From contig BFEA01000010.1 in assembly GCA_003427395.1 (NCBI GenBank), forward strand, positions 3,082,167-3,146,166: a stretch of DNA of 64,000 bases. Reading direction: 5' to 3'. Source of the DNA: Chara braunii (lineage: Eukaryota > Plantae > Charophyceae). The translations under genes and the position numbers were made by a program. Below are positions 40,120-53,600 of the stretch, one piece after another. Each line of letters begins with the position of its first letter. Within the stretch, counting starts at the first letter, position 1. Below the pieces are notes generated by a model, which saw nothing but the letters and a program-made list of their open reading frames with translations, was not told the DNA's origin and did no database searches.

Positions 40120-41241
40120 CCGGTAACCAAATGGCCTGAGTGGCCAGCTGCGCACAGGTCAGTAGTCAGCGGCAGCGGACAGTGGGGGTGCAACCGTACC
40201 CTTCACCAAAAATAAATTATGACTCTATAGTCTCAACAAATGACCTGCTGATTGGCAGGAAGAGCGAATAATGTAAGTTGTTCGGTGACCTACGGATTGA
40301 TGGGTAACTACTTAAGGTATAATTGTAGTGGTTGTAATAATATTTGCATTGCTCACCGACATGATGAATGTTCTGTGTGTTCGTGAACTCTTTTGTCTTT
40401 GCGTTCACATTCTTCCGGTTCGCATTGAGAGTGAATCGTAGCAAATGACACATGTCATCATATCGAAAGAACTACAGGAATGGGTGGTTCGCAAAGAGAG
40501 TCAACTAATAATGATATACCTGCACGCAAAAACACACGATTTTTTATATTTTTGTTTTAAGAAAATCAAAATGTGCTTAGAATATTGCAAACTGAAGTTT
40601 CTCAATAGATTTGGACTATATTCAGCAACAATAGTACAACCCCCAACTCTGATTTGAAAAAAAATAAGCGAATGACTGTTTGTTGACTGGTCGGCAAACC
40701 GCCGACCGTCCCCACAAGACGGTCCTTAGTTGGGGTCATTGGTCGGCGGTCTGACAACTCAGACTTGCATACATTAAAGAGGAAGAGAGATAGTCATGGA
40801 AGATTGTCTTGACTTACCTGCGTACAAGACTCTGTAGGAACGATTTCCATTGGCGGAAACATGAAACCACAAGACCAAAAGTAATGAAGAATTCCACGAG
40901 TATCTGAAGTTCTCTGAAGTTTGGCTGCTTTGATTTGTTTTTCCTCGAGTTCAAAGGCGATCTTCCGAAAGTTGTTATCCTTGATAAAAGTCAATCGCTA
41001 ATTGTTTGTCAAGGAACTCCTTCAAAACTGTTTGTCCTTACTTTCCACGACACTCGTTGTGATGACACCAAATTGATTTCGTGTAGGGTTCATTTTTTTA
41101 TTTCACAGGGTAGAACCACTCCTGCAATCAATCGTTTGACAAAAAAAGATATGTTAATTATGTTATTTGAAGTTATTACCTTGGCTAGCAGCCGGGTCGC
41201 CCGGGTCCACGTTCTTTGCCCGAGTGGAAGGTCCCAAAAAA

Positions 41242-41296
<55 letters not shown>

Positions 41297-43799
41297 TTTT
41301 TCTAAAAAATAATAAAAAAGAAAACTATGTTGTGCAGAAAATATAAATTGAACAACTTAATACAACCCATAAGCAACACAGTGAGGCCAATGCTCACCGA
41401 TTGCCCTGTTACACCGTCGACCATCCCAACAGCTTGCTCTACATCAGACCACATTCAGAACAGTCAGCTGGAGCGCAGATTGGACATAGCTCTAAAAACC
41501 CAAAACACACAGGGTATTGTCAAGTGTTCGAGAACCTAACCAGGTACCCTACAAGAACTGGCTACCTCCAAGACTCACTCTGAAGAACTGGCTACCTCCA
41601 CCAACAACCCCCCAGCCACGACCATTAACCACACAAACTAACACTACGACGCCCACAAACCACTAACCCAACACACAGCACCCACACAACCACAAACCTC
41701 TCCCCTGACCACTCCTCCCAGTGCACGAACCCACCTCAGAATATCTGCCAAACATATCCCCCTCACTACCCCATCAGCACAGAACACACGCAGGAAGCCA
41801 ACACAAAGGAGATGGCCTAGTATGCTCGGTACTAAACAAGAGACGCTCGATCAAGAACTAACTCTCACTAACCCCTGAGACAAAAGAGCACACCAAATTC
41901 CTCAACAACCAACCTAGCGTTCCAACCACCCCACAGTTCCCCAGTACATCTCATTAAATCCCACACAGCAGCTTCCCGACAGGACAATCGCACCAACCTA
42001 ACACCTCAATTGACCTGTGCTCAACCACCTTCAATCAAACCCCCCAATAACACAACTAAACACAGTCCAATCTAACCCTTCCCAACACACAAACACAACC
42101 CTCACACCCCCTTACCAGAGCCAAGCATCAGGAGGAAGCCAAGGAAAGAGAGCTCAACAACCTCGGAGGAGCATCCCAAAAGAGAAGGGAAGCAGGCACC
42201 CTACAGGCTATACAAGAGGGAACGATAGATGGATGAAAGGTGGACTAACAGTAGAAGATGTACAAAGCCAGAAGGGACAAAGAAACCGGAAGAGGAACGG
42301 GCCCGCTGAAGAAGACGGACGTCTACAGGGCCAGAGTACAACTCACAAGAAGGAGGAACTTCTGCAACGGACACGATATTCCAACCTCAACATAAAAGAG
42401 AGAAATGTCTTAAGATAGAAAGTTAGAGAAACAAGGACAACACTATGCCCAAACCCAGATCTGGAATAGGAAAATATTACATGCAATCTATTAGAGTCTG
42501 GAAGCAGCTTCAAACTGGGCCTGAAACTCAAACTAGGGGAGGTTAGACAAAACCTCCAGGGTTTAGGGTTTAAGCAAAACAAATTTAGAAGAGGGGTGAT
42601 GGGCCCACAACCTAGTTTTCCTAGTTTTAAAGGAGAGATCATACGGATCCCCACAGGGTCTCCGAGAGGGAACAAGGTAAAGGCAGAGCACCATGAGACA
42701 AACAACAACGAGAGCGGTACGTAGAAGGAAAGAGAGAGAGAAAGTAGTAAAAAGGTGGGTCTACGACCCAGTCGTTCCATTCATTTCTAGCTAACCACAG
42801 ACGGATTCGACAGAAACTTAACGGTCGAGAGGAAATGGATACAACTGACCTTCAAGATATCAGGGAGATAATATGACACAAACTTGGGTGAAACTTGAGA
42901 GTACTCCGAGAGGATGATGTGAGGCTTAGATCAGAGTTAGGAGGGTTATTAAATAGGCGGAGCGTGGAAGGTAAGCTGGCTGATGTTGTCACATACACCC
43001 GACTAGAATTGTGAGGTCCCCGACCTTTTTTTCATAAGTTTTAATACAAGCTCCTCTAGCAGCCAGGGTTTCTTGTTTTTTTTAGTGTTGGTTGTCAATG
43101 GGGGTATAAAATGGTTTTAAAGGGGCTAAAGGGGTTTAAAGGGTGGTGACTTACTATAATTTTAATTTTTTATTATTATTATTATTATTATTGTTATTAT
43201 TATTATTATTATTTATAATTGTTTTTTTACGTGAGGAATTTTGATGTGACCCTCCACGAAAAGTTGTTTGGATTGCAATTCCACACAACATATATTTTTT
43301 GACTATTTTTTTTAATAATTTTGACAATTTTATTAAAAGAAAATTATGCGTTGATTCTGTTCGCAACCATGCTCGGGGGTCGTGACAAACCGGGCGCCCG
43401 GGCGCCATCCGGGTGCGACTTTGGGATCCGGACGCCCAGGAAATCCCCCAAGCCCTTTTGCGCAAACATTGTTTTTGCTATAATTAAAAACTATTGTGAT
43501 AATGTTTTGACAAGGTAGGAAAATTTATTAACAACCAGACCACCGACCGATGGCCCCGACCGCCGACCGACTTGCGGGACAATCGGTGGTCTATCGACCA
43601 GTCAGAAAACAGTCATCCACTTATGTTTTTCCAGATCTGAGCTGGAGTTTGTACTGCGCTTGATGAGTACAACCCAAATCCGTGAGAAGGTTAAGGTTCG
43701 ATTTTTTTTTATTTGGGGGGGTGGGGGATGTGTCGTTGGGAGGTAGGTGGGGGTTGGGGGAGGGTTCTTCAAGGGCGTGTTTAGGGACTGTTCTCAGAT

Positions 43800-44630
43800 A
43801 CTTGCAGGGGGTCTTAATGTGGTGCGTGCAGTGCGGTTGAGAGGGAGTGTAGGGGTATCCTGGACGTACTTACAGGGGGTCCGCAGGGGGGGTCCTGAAG
43901 GACTGTGACGGAACACCTGTCGGCAGTACTACAAATGAAAACACAGTCTTGAATGGTCTTTTGGAGGACTGCTCTAGGGTACTCTGGGTGGTTGTTTGCG
44001 GGGCCATTAAGGGGTTTGCAGGGGGTATAGGGTTTAGCGTTTAGGGTTTAGGGCTTAGGGTTTACGTGGTGCATGGTTCAAAGGGGTTGGGGGGAAGGTT
44101 GATGGGTGAGGGGTTCTCAGGGTTTTTTTCAGAGACTCGTAGAGGGTACTTAGAGGGAGCTTTGAGAGGGTATCTGGTGTGTGGTTTAAAGCGAGTGGAT
44201 GGGTTTTGCAGGGGGTACTTGCAGGGGGTCTGTAGGGGGGGATCCCGAAGGACTGTGACAGGGTACTGCAGATGAAAACATAGACTTGAATGGACTTTTG
44301 GGGGACTGCTCGAGGGTACTCTGGGTGGTTGTTTGCGGGGCCATTTAGGGGTTTTGCAATGGGTACGTGGTGCATGGTTCAAAGGGGGTGGGGGGAAGGT
44401 TGTTGGGTGAGGGGTTCTAAGGCTTTTTTTCAGGGACCGATAGAGGGTACTCACAAAGGGCCTTGAGAGGGTACCTGCTGTGTGGTTTAGAGGGAGTCGA
44501 GGAGGTTTTTAGGGGGTACTTGCAGGAAGTCTGTTGCGGGGTCTCGATGGACTGTTTGAGGGGACTTCAGGGGGTACTTGCAGGGGCTCTGCAGGGGGGA
44601 TGTTGAGGTCTCCAAGGGTCGCTTCGTTGG
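43800..44630. repeat. G-rich imperfect tandem duplication (~300-350-bp period) containing a short TTTAGGG tract at ~44030-44065
   Basis: gggtactctgggtggttgtttgcggggccatt at ~43977 and ~44314; gtggtgcatggttcaaagggg at ~44066 and ~44367. Confidence 0.7.
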
Positions 44631-44634
44631 GTAT

Positions 44635-44681
<47 letters not shown>

Positions 44682-46692
44682 GCACGGGGCTGACCACTGG
44701 TTAGGGGTAATATTGTGCATTGACCTTAGCGCTTAAATATCGCACGAAGTTCAAAAGAAGCACGCTGAAGAAATTTGGTCCATAGTTTCAATGAATCTTG
44801 GTCCTCCGAATTCTCACACTAAGGAATAATCCAAGATTCGGGGCAATCAACAGGAAACCAAAGTTGTAATTCAATTGTCATGACGTTGAATATTTGGAAT
44901 CGTTGATTACAACGAGTAGGATTCTCAGAGGCTATATGCCCAGCAACCATTCTATTGATCGACATTGTAAGAGGTCGCTTTATCTTCAAAATAGTCCAAA
45001 AAGCTATGCAAGTCATACTGGAGATGATCTACGAAGAGAAATTTATTGATTGCGGTCATGCGTCGTTGTCACTAGTCTATTAACAACACTTTTTGCATAT
45101 TCTGAAAATTGTTCATGTTATAGGCTTTGTTTCGTGTTTTTTTTTTTTTTTCTTATTTTTTTTTTCAAACAATAGAACCTTGGGTTTCTGGCTCATTGTC
45201 CATTCCGGGGAGCGTCAACCCGGTCCCTATTCAACCGGTAAGTCACAAAATTTACATGTATTATACTTACTCACGCTCCTCCCCCTTCTGGTGTGGAGGC
45301 ATTGAAGCCGACATTGATTACTTCTCGTGGAAGGATGTACCAAACTTCACCCCTGCCTAAGTTAGCCTTCCCTACGCTCTCTCCCAACCTTATCTCTTCC
45401 TGCTTGCCGAACACTTTACCACTTGTTTCGTCGCCTTCTGAATCGACCTGTTATCGCTTGAACTTACTTTTGAATCTGGGGATTCCAGAATGCGGTTTGG
45501 ATTCTCCTGCTCTGGTGCATTTCCGCTTAAGCCCTAAACCCTAAACCCTGATACTCCTAATTAGGCTTTCTCTTCGATTTTGGGGTTCGCCTTCCTCTCC
45601 CGTTTTTTAAAGTGTGTTGCAGCCCTGTGCCTCTTTCCTCCTTCGCTTCCCCTTTCTAGTACCTTACCTTGCTTATCTTTTGCTTGTTGTCCCCTTCATT
45701 GCTCGGTTCCTTTCCTCCCTCGTTGCTTGCTTTTCTGTTGACATGTTGCCTTACCTTCTCATTCATACACCCTACACCCTCTGCACCTTTCTGCATTGTT
45801 ATTTTTCTCTCATTCAAAAAGAAATTAGAAGTTTGTAGCGGGGTAGGCGGCGGATATAAGGGTGTTCGTAGTGGTAGTGTGGTGCGCGCTGTTGGGGAGG
45901 AGTATAGGGGTGTTGGGGGGGAGGTTATGAGAGTGTTGATGGGATTATTGAGGGCTCTCGGACTTAAAGTTAAAAAAAAACTTTAAGAAAAAAATGCAGG
46001 GTCTGGTAGGTGCCGACTAGCCAGTGGTTGGCTGCTCTGCCCCGGACCAATCTAGGGCTACCAACTCCCAGCATGAGTACTCTGCTGTTGGGTTGCTAGA
46101 GTGACTCCGAACCAGTTGCATGCAACATAATTGAATATATGTTAGCGGACTATCCTATGAACACTTTTTATGGCATAATGTACTTTATGCAAAATCCTTT
46201 TTTTTTGCATAACATGTTCCCCAAGTATTCCTTGTCGAGGTTTTTTCAAACAACCAAGGTGTTTCGGGGAGGCTGATTGGTGACACAAAAAAAATGGCTA
46301 TGAAGCTCAGGCTATAACATAGCAGTTATTAAAGTTTATTCACTTTTTATTTCTTTTATGAATTATGTTGTTTTTTATTTTTGCCTTAAAAATGACGTTT
46401 TTTATTTTTGTTGCCTGATTTTACACTCAAATTTTATAGTGAGGTTGACTTATCATATTGGTGTTTGCTACTTATATTTTGCTCAATGTGTGAGCACTGG
46501 ACACAAATTTGTCAACAGATAGAGAGCAACACTACAAAATTTCAAGCACATCGAGATCTTCTTGCTCAAACGAAGAACGACACAAAATTGTTTGTTGATC
46601 TTTCAATCTACAAAAGGAAGCAGTTGATGAGGCTACCATTTTCAACAAAGGAAGGATTTTTTTCACACTTGCTGCTAACGAGGCGTTTTGGG

Positions 46693-48995
46693 CAAGTTAG
46701 GTGCGCATGTTCACTAGGAGCTATGGTACAAAGTCTACTGCCTTATATATCTATCGATCAAAAAGTCATTTGCTTTGTAATTCTATAAAGTGCAATTTCT
46801 ATTTTTTTTTGAAATTTTAGATTTTTTTTATTCTGTTATGCGTGCCTTAATATAGCCTACTTGGACTTGACCACATACATGCAGGCAGACTTTGGGCAGT
46901 CACACAAGGGAGGTAGGCATGCACACAAGTCGCCACGCAAGTAAACAAGTGGACAGGTGGGCAGGCAAAGAGGCAGGCAAGCAAGTATGCAGACAAACAA
47001 CCAGGTACGTGGATTGACAAAAAGGTAGTGAGGCAGGCCAGTAGGAAGGCAGACATACAGTACAATGACAAACATGCAGTTGGTCGACAAATATGTAGGC
47101 TGCTAGACAGCCAACCTTTATGCAGGTTGGCAAGCCAGGTATGCAGGTAAATTGGCAGCTATAGTAGTCACCTGGTATGTCTATCAGTCAAAAAATCGTT
47201 TGCATTATGAAGTGTTACTTTTTTTCGAATTTATATGTGCCTAAACGTAGTCTGCCTGGACATGAAAACATATGTGTCTAGCTGGCAGGCAAGCGCACAA
47301 GCAGGCTTTGGGGAGTCAGGCAAAGCAGGTGGGCAGGCATGTTGATTGTTATGCACACAAGTATCCACGCAGGCAGACAAGTGGACAGGTGGGCAGACAA
47401 ACAAGCAAGTAAGCAGCCAGGTGGACCATCAGAAGGCAGGCAAGCAAATGACTGATTGTGATTGAAACAAATCAATGAACTGTTGAAATTTAGACCGAAG
47501 TTAAACTCTGCATGACTGATTCTCATGGAACCAACTCAATGAAGCAATATTTTAAATTACATGGGGCCGATCAGCTCAGTGATAATATCTCAAGGCAGTA
47601 ACCCTTTCGAAAGAAATAGGTAAATAAAGGGTGGCGGACATATGAATCAATCATTTTCTTTGTTTGTAAAATTAATAAAAAAATATTAAAAAAATATAGA
47701 AAAAAATTGATTTAACGTTCTATAATTTTGTCAGTACTTACAAAAAATAGAATTTTAAATGAATGAATAACAGTAAAAAGTACCAATAAAAAATAGCAAT
47801 AAAACATAGCAGTAAATAGAAACTAGATGAAAGAACAATTACATGCTTGGAACCTTCATTTGAAACACGTCCGGCGTAAGCTGTAATGAACACGTTTTTC
47901 ATTTGATCGATATCATCAATCTGTAGATCATAAAGAAAAGTAACGAAAAACCACTGTTAAATTTATAATATACAGCCAGACCACCAGAGTAGCCCTGGCC
48001 ACTTGCCCGACCGGACCAATAAAAGAATATATAAAAAAACTACAAAATATTTCATTTTATATTTTAAATTAGGCAAAGAATTTTGAATTTTTGATGTAAC
48101 CCCGAGGTAAAAGTTATTCACTTTATTTTTTTGTCCAACGTAGTTCTTTTTTATTTTTTTAGAAATTTTTAATTTTTTTTTTTGCTGGGACCGTACGCCC
48201 GGACAAATAAGGTGGACCTGGGCAGTCCGGCTGGTAGCCTAGATATCCAGACAAAAATATTAAAAATAAACGTGCAACATTAATTTAAATACGAAAGGAA
48301 AAAACTTCAAAAGAAGCGTTTATAAAATAAAACATACCGCAATCTGAGACATATAGGACACATATGTTTTCATGTCCAGACAAACTATGTTTAGGCACAT
48401 ATAAATTCAGAAAAAAGTAACACTTCATAATGCAAACGAGTTTTTGACTGATAGAGATACCAGGTGACTACTATAGTTGCCAACGTACCTGCATACCTGG
48501 CTTTTCAACCTGCATAAAGGCTGACTGTCTAACAGCCTACATATTTGTCGACCTGATGCATGTTTGCCATTGTATTGCATGTCTGCATTCCTGCTGGCCT
48601 GCCTCACTACCTTTCTGTCAATCCACGTACCTGGTTGTTTGTCTGCATATTTGCTTGCCTGCCTGTTTGCCTGCTCACCTGTCCACTTGTTTACTTGCGT
48701 GGCGACTTGTGTGCATAGCTACGAACATGCATGCCTACCTCCCTTGTGTGACTGCCCAAAGTCTGCTTGCATGTGTGACTATTTGTCCACTTGCCTGCGA
48801 CGTGGACACATATGTGGTCAAGTTCAAGTAGGCTATGTTTAGGCACGCATAACAGAATTAAAAAAAATCTAAAATTTCAAAAAAAATAGAAATTGCACTT
48901 TATAGAATCACAAAGCAAACGACTTTTTGATCGATAGATATATAAGGAAGTAGACTTTGTACCATAGCTCCTAGTCAACATGCGTACCTAACTTG
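46693..48995. repeat. Long inverted repeat: arms 46693-47278 and 48357-48995, ~1.08-kb AT-rich spacer
   Basis: caagttaggtgcgcatgtt..actaggagctatggtacaaagtctac is mirrored at 48950-48995; the inner ends catatgtgtc/gacacatatg match. Confidence 0.9.
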
Positions 48996-49888
48996 TCGCC
49001 CTTCAAATAGGTTGACCACACTGCCTGAAGGTTGGCTGTATAGATCATCACAAGGTATGGTAGGAATGACACAAGGAAACATCAGAAGAGGCAGGCAAAC
49101 GGGAAGAGGGAACAAAAGGAGCAAGAGCCAATGACAAAACAGGATGGGAAGAGCAGGGAGCAAAGAATAAAGATGGGTTTGTTGTGTATGTGACATCACC
49201 AAGTTCAGATTACGGAGAAGGAACATAATTTTTTGCTTGTCTGTATTTTCTTTGTCTATTGACTCTATTCTTTGTTCCCTCTAGCCAATCAAGGATCATA
49301 CTAAATGTATATTCCTGAGCAAAACTTGCGAGCAAAGTTCCTCTGCAGCAGATTCCAAAGATATTATAGACTGACCCCCCTCCCCGGTAATTGTTTGATT
49401 TATAAATTGAATACAGCGAAGTTCAGACCAAATTTTAAGTTATGTGGGGAATTAATCGAAGACACGGACCATCAAACACGTTTTCAATGATTACTCAGCA
49501 AGAAGTGTGTCGATAAAGATGACAACATTGCCATTCCCGCACCTCGACGAGTTCATTCCGAAACTTGCAAATCAACACCCACTTCCTGATGAAAAATGTA
49601 AGTTTTTGTTTTCTCTTTTTGTAGCTATACGAACCTATACTCCTTGTCGAAGATTATCAATTAATTATGGCTGTTGGCAAACTCTCCAAGTGATGTTTTT
49701 TTAATTAAATTTTAAAATTTTGATATAGGTACAACTAATTTGAAAATTTAAAACAGATCCTTATGGTCCACCGTTGTAAGATGTCTAGGGGGCTCTCCAA
49801 CTAATTTCAATCTTTGTGTTTTTAAAATTGAAACATGTACAATAAGAAATGTGAGTCTTTATGCAAGTGAGCACAATATTCTTTATAA

Positions 49889-50113
49889 CATACTTGCAAG
49901 CGGACGTCATCGGGGAGGTTCCACACGTGCGACAGACCGCCGGACCGGACCCGCGAATGTGCGCCTGACGATCAGTTACGCCCCGCCCCCCCCAATAAAA
50001 AAAAATGACCCCGTCCGGTCCGGTCCGGGTCCGTCTAGTCCGAGGGGAGGGTGCCGCGCGCGGCAAAGCGGGCCGGACCGGACGCTCGTCCGGTCCGTCT
50101 GCTTGCAAGTATG
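49889..50113. mobile_element. hAT-like MITE
   Basis: TIRs CATACTTGCAAGC / GCTTGCAAGTATG; flanks ctttataa/gtttatag (6/8). Confidence 0.75.
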
Positions 50114-50618
50114 GTTTATAGCATACAGGGAACGAGATATTGCAACCTTGTTCAACGTCAACGCTCTAAGAATAACGGTGAGTTGATTTTTTTAAAAAAA
50201 AATTGTTAGAATTAATTATTAATTCTAACAAACACTCATTTCCAAGACCCCAACAAACACCAAACTTGGCACATACAGACCTTGACCACGAAGTACAACA
50301 GCGGAGGATTTTAAAAATTAAATTCTAAAAAATTGATCAAAAATGCACATTTTAGTGTCGAGGAGGTTAAACCACATGTTCCTTTCATGATGTCTTGCCC
50401 GGGCCTCGTAAGCCCCTAGGGCGACCAGTATCCCGAGCCATGACGAGGCTGGCAGTACCGGATGCTCCCTTGCCTACACCGCCCACGAGAATAACACGGA
50501 AGGGGAAAAAAAATACTAATAAAAAATATATAAAACTAGGAATAAAAAAAAAAACAATGCATGTGCGTGGGAGAGAGAGAGAGAGTCCATAACGAGAGAG
50601 AGAGAGAAAAACCATAAC

Positions 50619-50680
<62 letters not shown>

Positions 50681-53600
50681 GACGGGAGGGGGGAAAAAAA
50701 AAAACATGTGAATGCATTTTCACTGTCAATTTTTCTTTTTTTTAGGTATTGTTTGTCCATGCCCAGGTACCCCAGGCGTTAGACCCCCCCGGGCGTCATG
50801 ACCGAATGACTGACAACTTGTGACAATCTTCCTAGCTTTTCAGTGGCATGCTATGTCTCTCTCTCTCTATCTATGTATCTATACATCTACGTATCTATTT
50901 ACATATCTATCTACCTATCTATCCACCTATCTATCTTTGCGGCAAATATCAACCATTAAAATCAAAGATGCATCTTTGTTGATAGCTTCTTGTTTTAAAT
51001 TATCTTTGTTTTGTGTGTGTACGCCCATCTATAGGGGTCTCCTTTCCAACAGTGATGTATATCGAGAACTGCAACGCAAGAACTTGTCACACAAAATGTC
51101 ACGACTTCTCGTGCAAAGGTGAACTCTTTTCTGCCCTGCTCTTCTGTACCATGTTAGAAATCAATCATTTTATTGCACTTAGTTGCTTTGGTCAATATCA
51201 AAACCTCTTGTTTTTTTTTTTTGTGTGTGATTACAGACTGGCATCCAGACCATCGTCCGCTTGTGGCTTGTGAGCCCGCACCAACCCTGAAAATCCTAAA
51301 AATTCAGGGCTCTGTTAACCGTCTCTCAGGTGAGGGCTCGCAAAAAAGAAAAATTATAATTTTAACAATCCTTAAAATTTACTAAAAAACTTTGTTATGG
51401 AAAGTTTTTGTTATTGGGCTTGTCTAGTAGCTTTACGCTATCGAGCGCATCGGTCCGGCACGGCACGAGCGGGGCGGGACCCTCCCGACCACGTCACGCA
51501 GGTGTTGGTTTGATCCTCGTCGAGAATACATCTGGAGCTTCTGCACGTCGCTCCGGTCGAGTGCGCCGGCCATATCTCTCGCGAGCCCCTACGACAGGAT
51601 ACGGCTTATGCAAGGCACGACTTACCTCCACCTTACGGGAGCTGTGACCTCCCTTTGGTGGGCGTATCCCCGCCGAGCTACGAGTCCACAGTACGAAAGT
51701 TAATCAGTTGCATCGTAGAGGTAGACCTGCCAAAGGCGTTTTTCGTTCGATGTAGCATAGGGGGTACGCGTGGTTTTACGCCTCTATCGGACCCGCACGT
51801 GAACCGACGCTTTGGGGGCTGAGGTCCCACTCACGACTCGTCGTCGGTCGACTAGGACGAATCCCACACACCACGCGTACACCTCTAAAAACATAAATTT
51901 TAGAAGACACACACACATACATAACGGCACAAACAAACAACTGACACAAATCCTTGTCCCTTCAATAACCTTCCCATAACTTCCCGATGCGGAAGTCAGA
52001 TGGGCGACGCGCGCGAGACTTTGTATAAAACCCCGCGGACGCATAGTCTTCCCATATCGACTAGCAATGTATGAATATGCATGGAGTCGCGATGATGGCG
52101 TGCTATGTAGTGCCTATAATCAAGCGGTCCTTCGTGGATCCGAGTACCACTTATGACACTTAGGTGTCAAACTCAAAGTATAGTGAAAGTTTACCCCTTC
52201 ACGATATTGCACGGCCGAAGGAACAGTCGTGCACCCCCCTCGGCACCTTCGGCCTTTAGGCTGAGTGTCTCGGTCGGCAGGGCAAATAGGCTCTGCGCGG
52301 CGGGTGATGCCTTCCATGAAGAGTCTAGGACTTGGGATGTCCTGGACAAGGACCTGAAATCCAAGGTCAGGACTAACGTCCGACTAAGAAATCTCTTTAA
52401 GAAGCATACAACAAATAGAGGGGGGTTTCCTTCCTTTCTCAATCTCAACCCCAATTAAACCCTTAAGCATAGGTCTTTTGGCTACGATAACATCCAACCA
52501 TAGGTAAATACGTATATATATATGTATGTATATAGTGGAGAATATATACGTGACGATCACTTCTCACAATCATAGTGAGACTCCTCACAAACATATATAT
52601 GTATGTGATCGCAAACAATCAAATCCAAAGTCCGAACCACAGAATATACTTGCAATCACATCAAAGAGTCAACCAAAAGTCCACACACTACACAGAGTCA
52701 ACTTTCACCATTCTCTATACTCATACCCCCTCACTTTAGTTATTTACGTCCCAGCCTTCGTCCAATCTTCCATAATTAAATACTCAGTACCTTTGTTAAA
52801 TGGTCATTCAATAAAAGTCAGGGTGAAAACCTTAATAAAATAATAAAACTCACGAGGGCTGAAGCCTTTTAGGTTGAGTATTGAGGACAAATTGGAGTTG
52901 AGTCGCGGACCGACGAATCGGCAACCGACTTGTTATCAGTGATAATAAAAGATGATCCTCGTGGGATTAAGCTGAATATTTTCCAGATCCTGAATCAGAT
53001 GATCAAGAGGACCTGTAACACAGGACAGACCAATACTCAAACTAAGTTCATAAGTATATGGAGAATAAAACTTCATAACATATTCTCACTCAAGGTCCTT
53101 CTACTAGCTAAGCCTAGGCGTACCTCTAAGTCAGTACCCAACGCAAGGTAAACCTATAGTAGCATCTCTCCTACCCAGGGTGGATTGCCATAATTGTCAC
53201 CTGTCAAAATATAGTCCAACTCCTTTTAAAAAAAATAAAATCGGCAGCGCTTCCTGTAGGAAAAATATTTTTCCAAAATTTATGATAACTAAAACATGAA
53301 AACAAAACTAATCTTTAATTCTGGAAAGTCCAATTTTGTCTAACTCCCTGAATTAGTAAAAATTTTAGCAGCGCTCCCTTTAGAAAAGAAGCCTTTCCAG
53401 ATTTTTACTAAGTCGGATATGAACTCAGAAGCAAGACATGAGTTCAACAACTAAGACAAAATCAAACTAACTTCTTAGATTTGTATAAATTTCGGCATCA
53501 CTCCCTTTGAAAAAGTGTTAAACCAAAATTTATACAAAGTTAAGTTCAGAATCTAAAGTAACTTTGACGTCTCAAGGTCCAATTTTTTGTTTAACTCCCT

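Larger units (their letters stand above)
32290..41121 (-). pseudogene. KDZ (Kyakuja-Dileera-Zisupton)-type transposase, catalytic-domain exons 41121-40818, 40519-40357, 33144-33030 and 32406-~32290
   Basis: Spliced peptide ...DTRGILHYFWSCGFMFPPMEIVPTESCTQ|VY...FFRYDDMCHLLRF...HHV G|HWCKNNVSPEVYEELKSANISICEQLFKWFACYKKSF R|YINKISLNFIL carries the T.G..CG..ES, YDxxC, H..C and N..xEQ motifs. GT-AG introns have compatible phases (0, 1, 2). In-frame stops are present. Confidence 0.8.
46210..51290 (+). pseudogene. PrimPol-like (AEP primase-polymerase with C-terminal Zn finger) pseudogene; exons ~46210-46310, 46519-46700, ~49294-49387, 49417-49597, 49625-~49690, ~51020-51118, 51237-~51290
   Basis: In PrimPol order: H...F..EVFSNN; LFVDLSIYKRKQLMRLPFSTK...LLLTRRF (motif III, cf. 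FVDxxVYxxNRxFRLxxSSK); LPFPHLDEFI (cf. SPxPxxDxF); SN/VMYI....RTCHTKCHDFSCK|DWHPDHRPL (cf. SNxIMxxVD....YQKCHDPxC). GT-AG boundaries; frameshifts; motif I (DxE) not found. Confidence 0.75.

Noticed and set aside
44750-45350. Possible further exons of the KDZ or PrimPol genes (also 30430-30620 and 31430-31620)
   Set aside because: Coding-like composition but no recognisable motif; needs a profile search.
44030-45550. Telomere or chromosome-fusion site
   Set aside because: Only 2-5 degenerate TTTAGGG/CCCTAAA units are present, embedded in other repeats.
50386-50800. CATGA-ended MITE
   Set aside because: Short imperfect TIRs and no TSD; insufficient support.
51545-51882. Group II intron (GTGCG start-like motif)
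   Set aside because: No recognisable domain V on either strand; retained only as an unassigned structured RNA.
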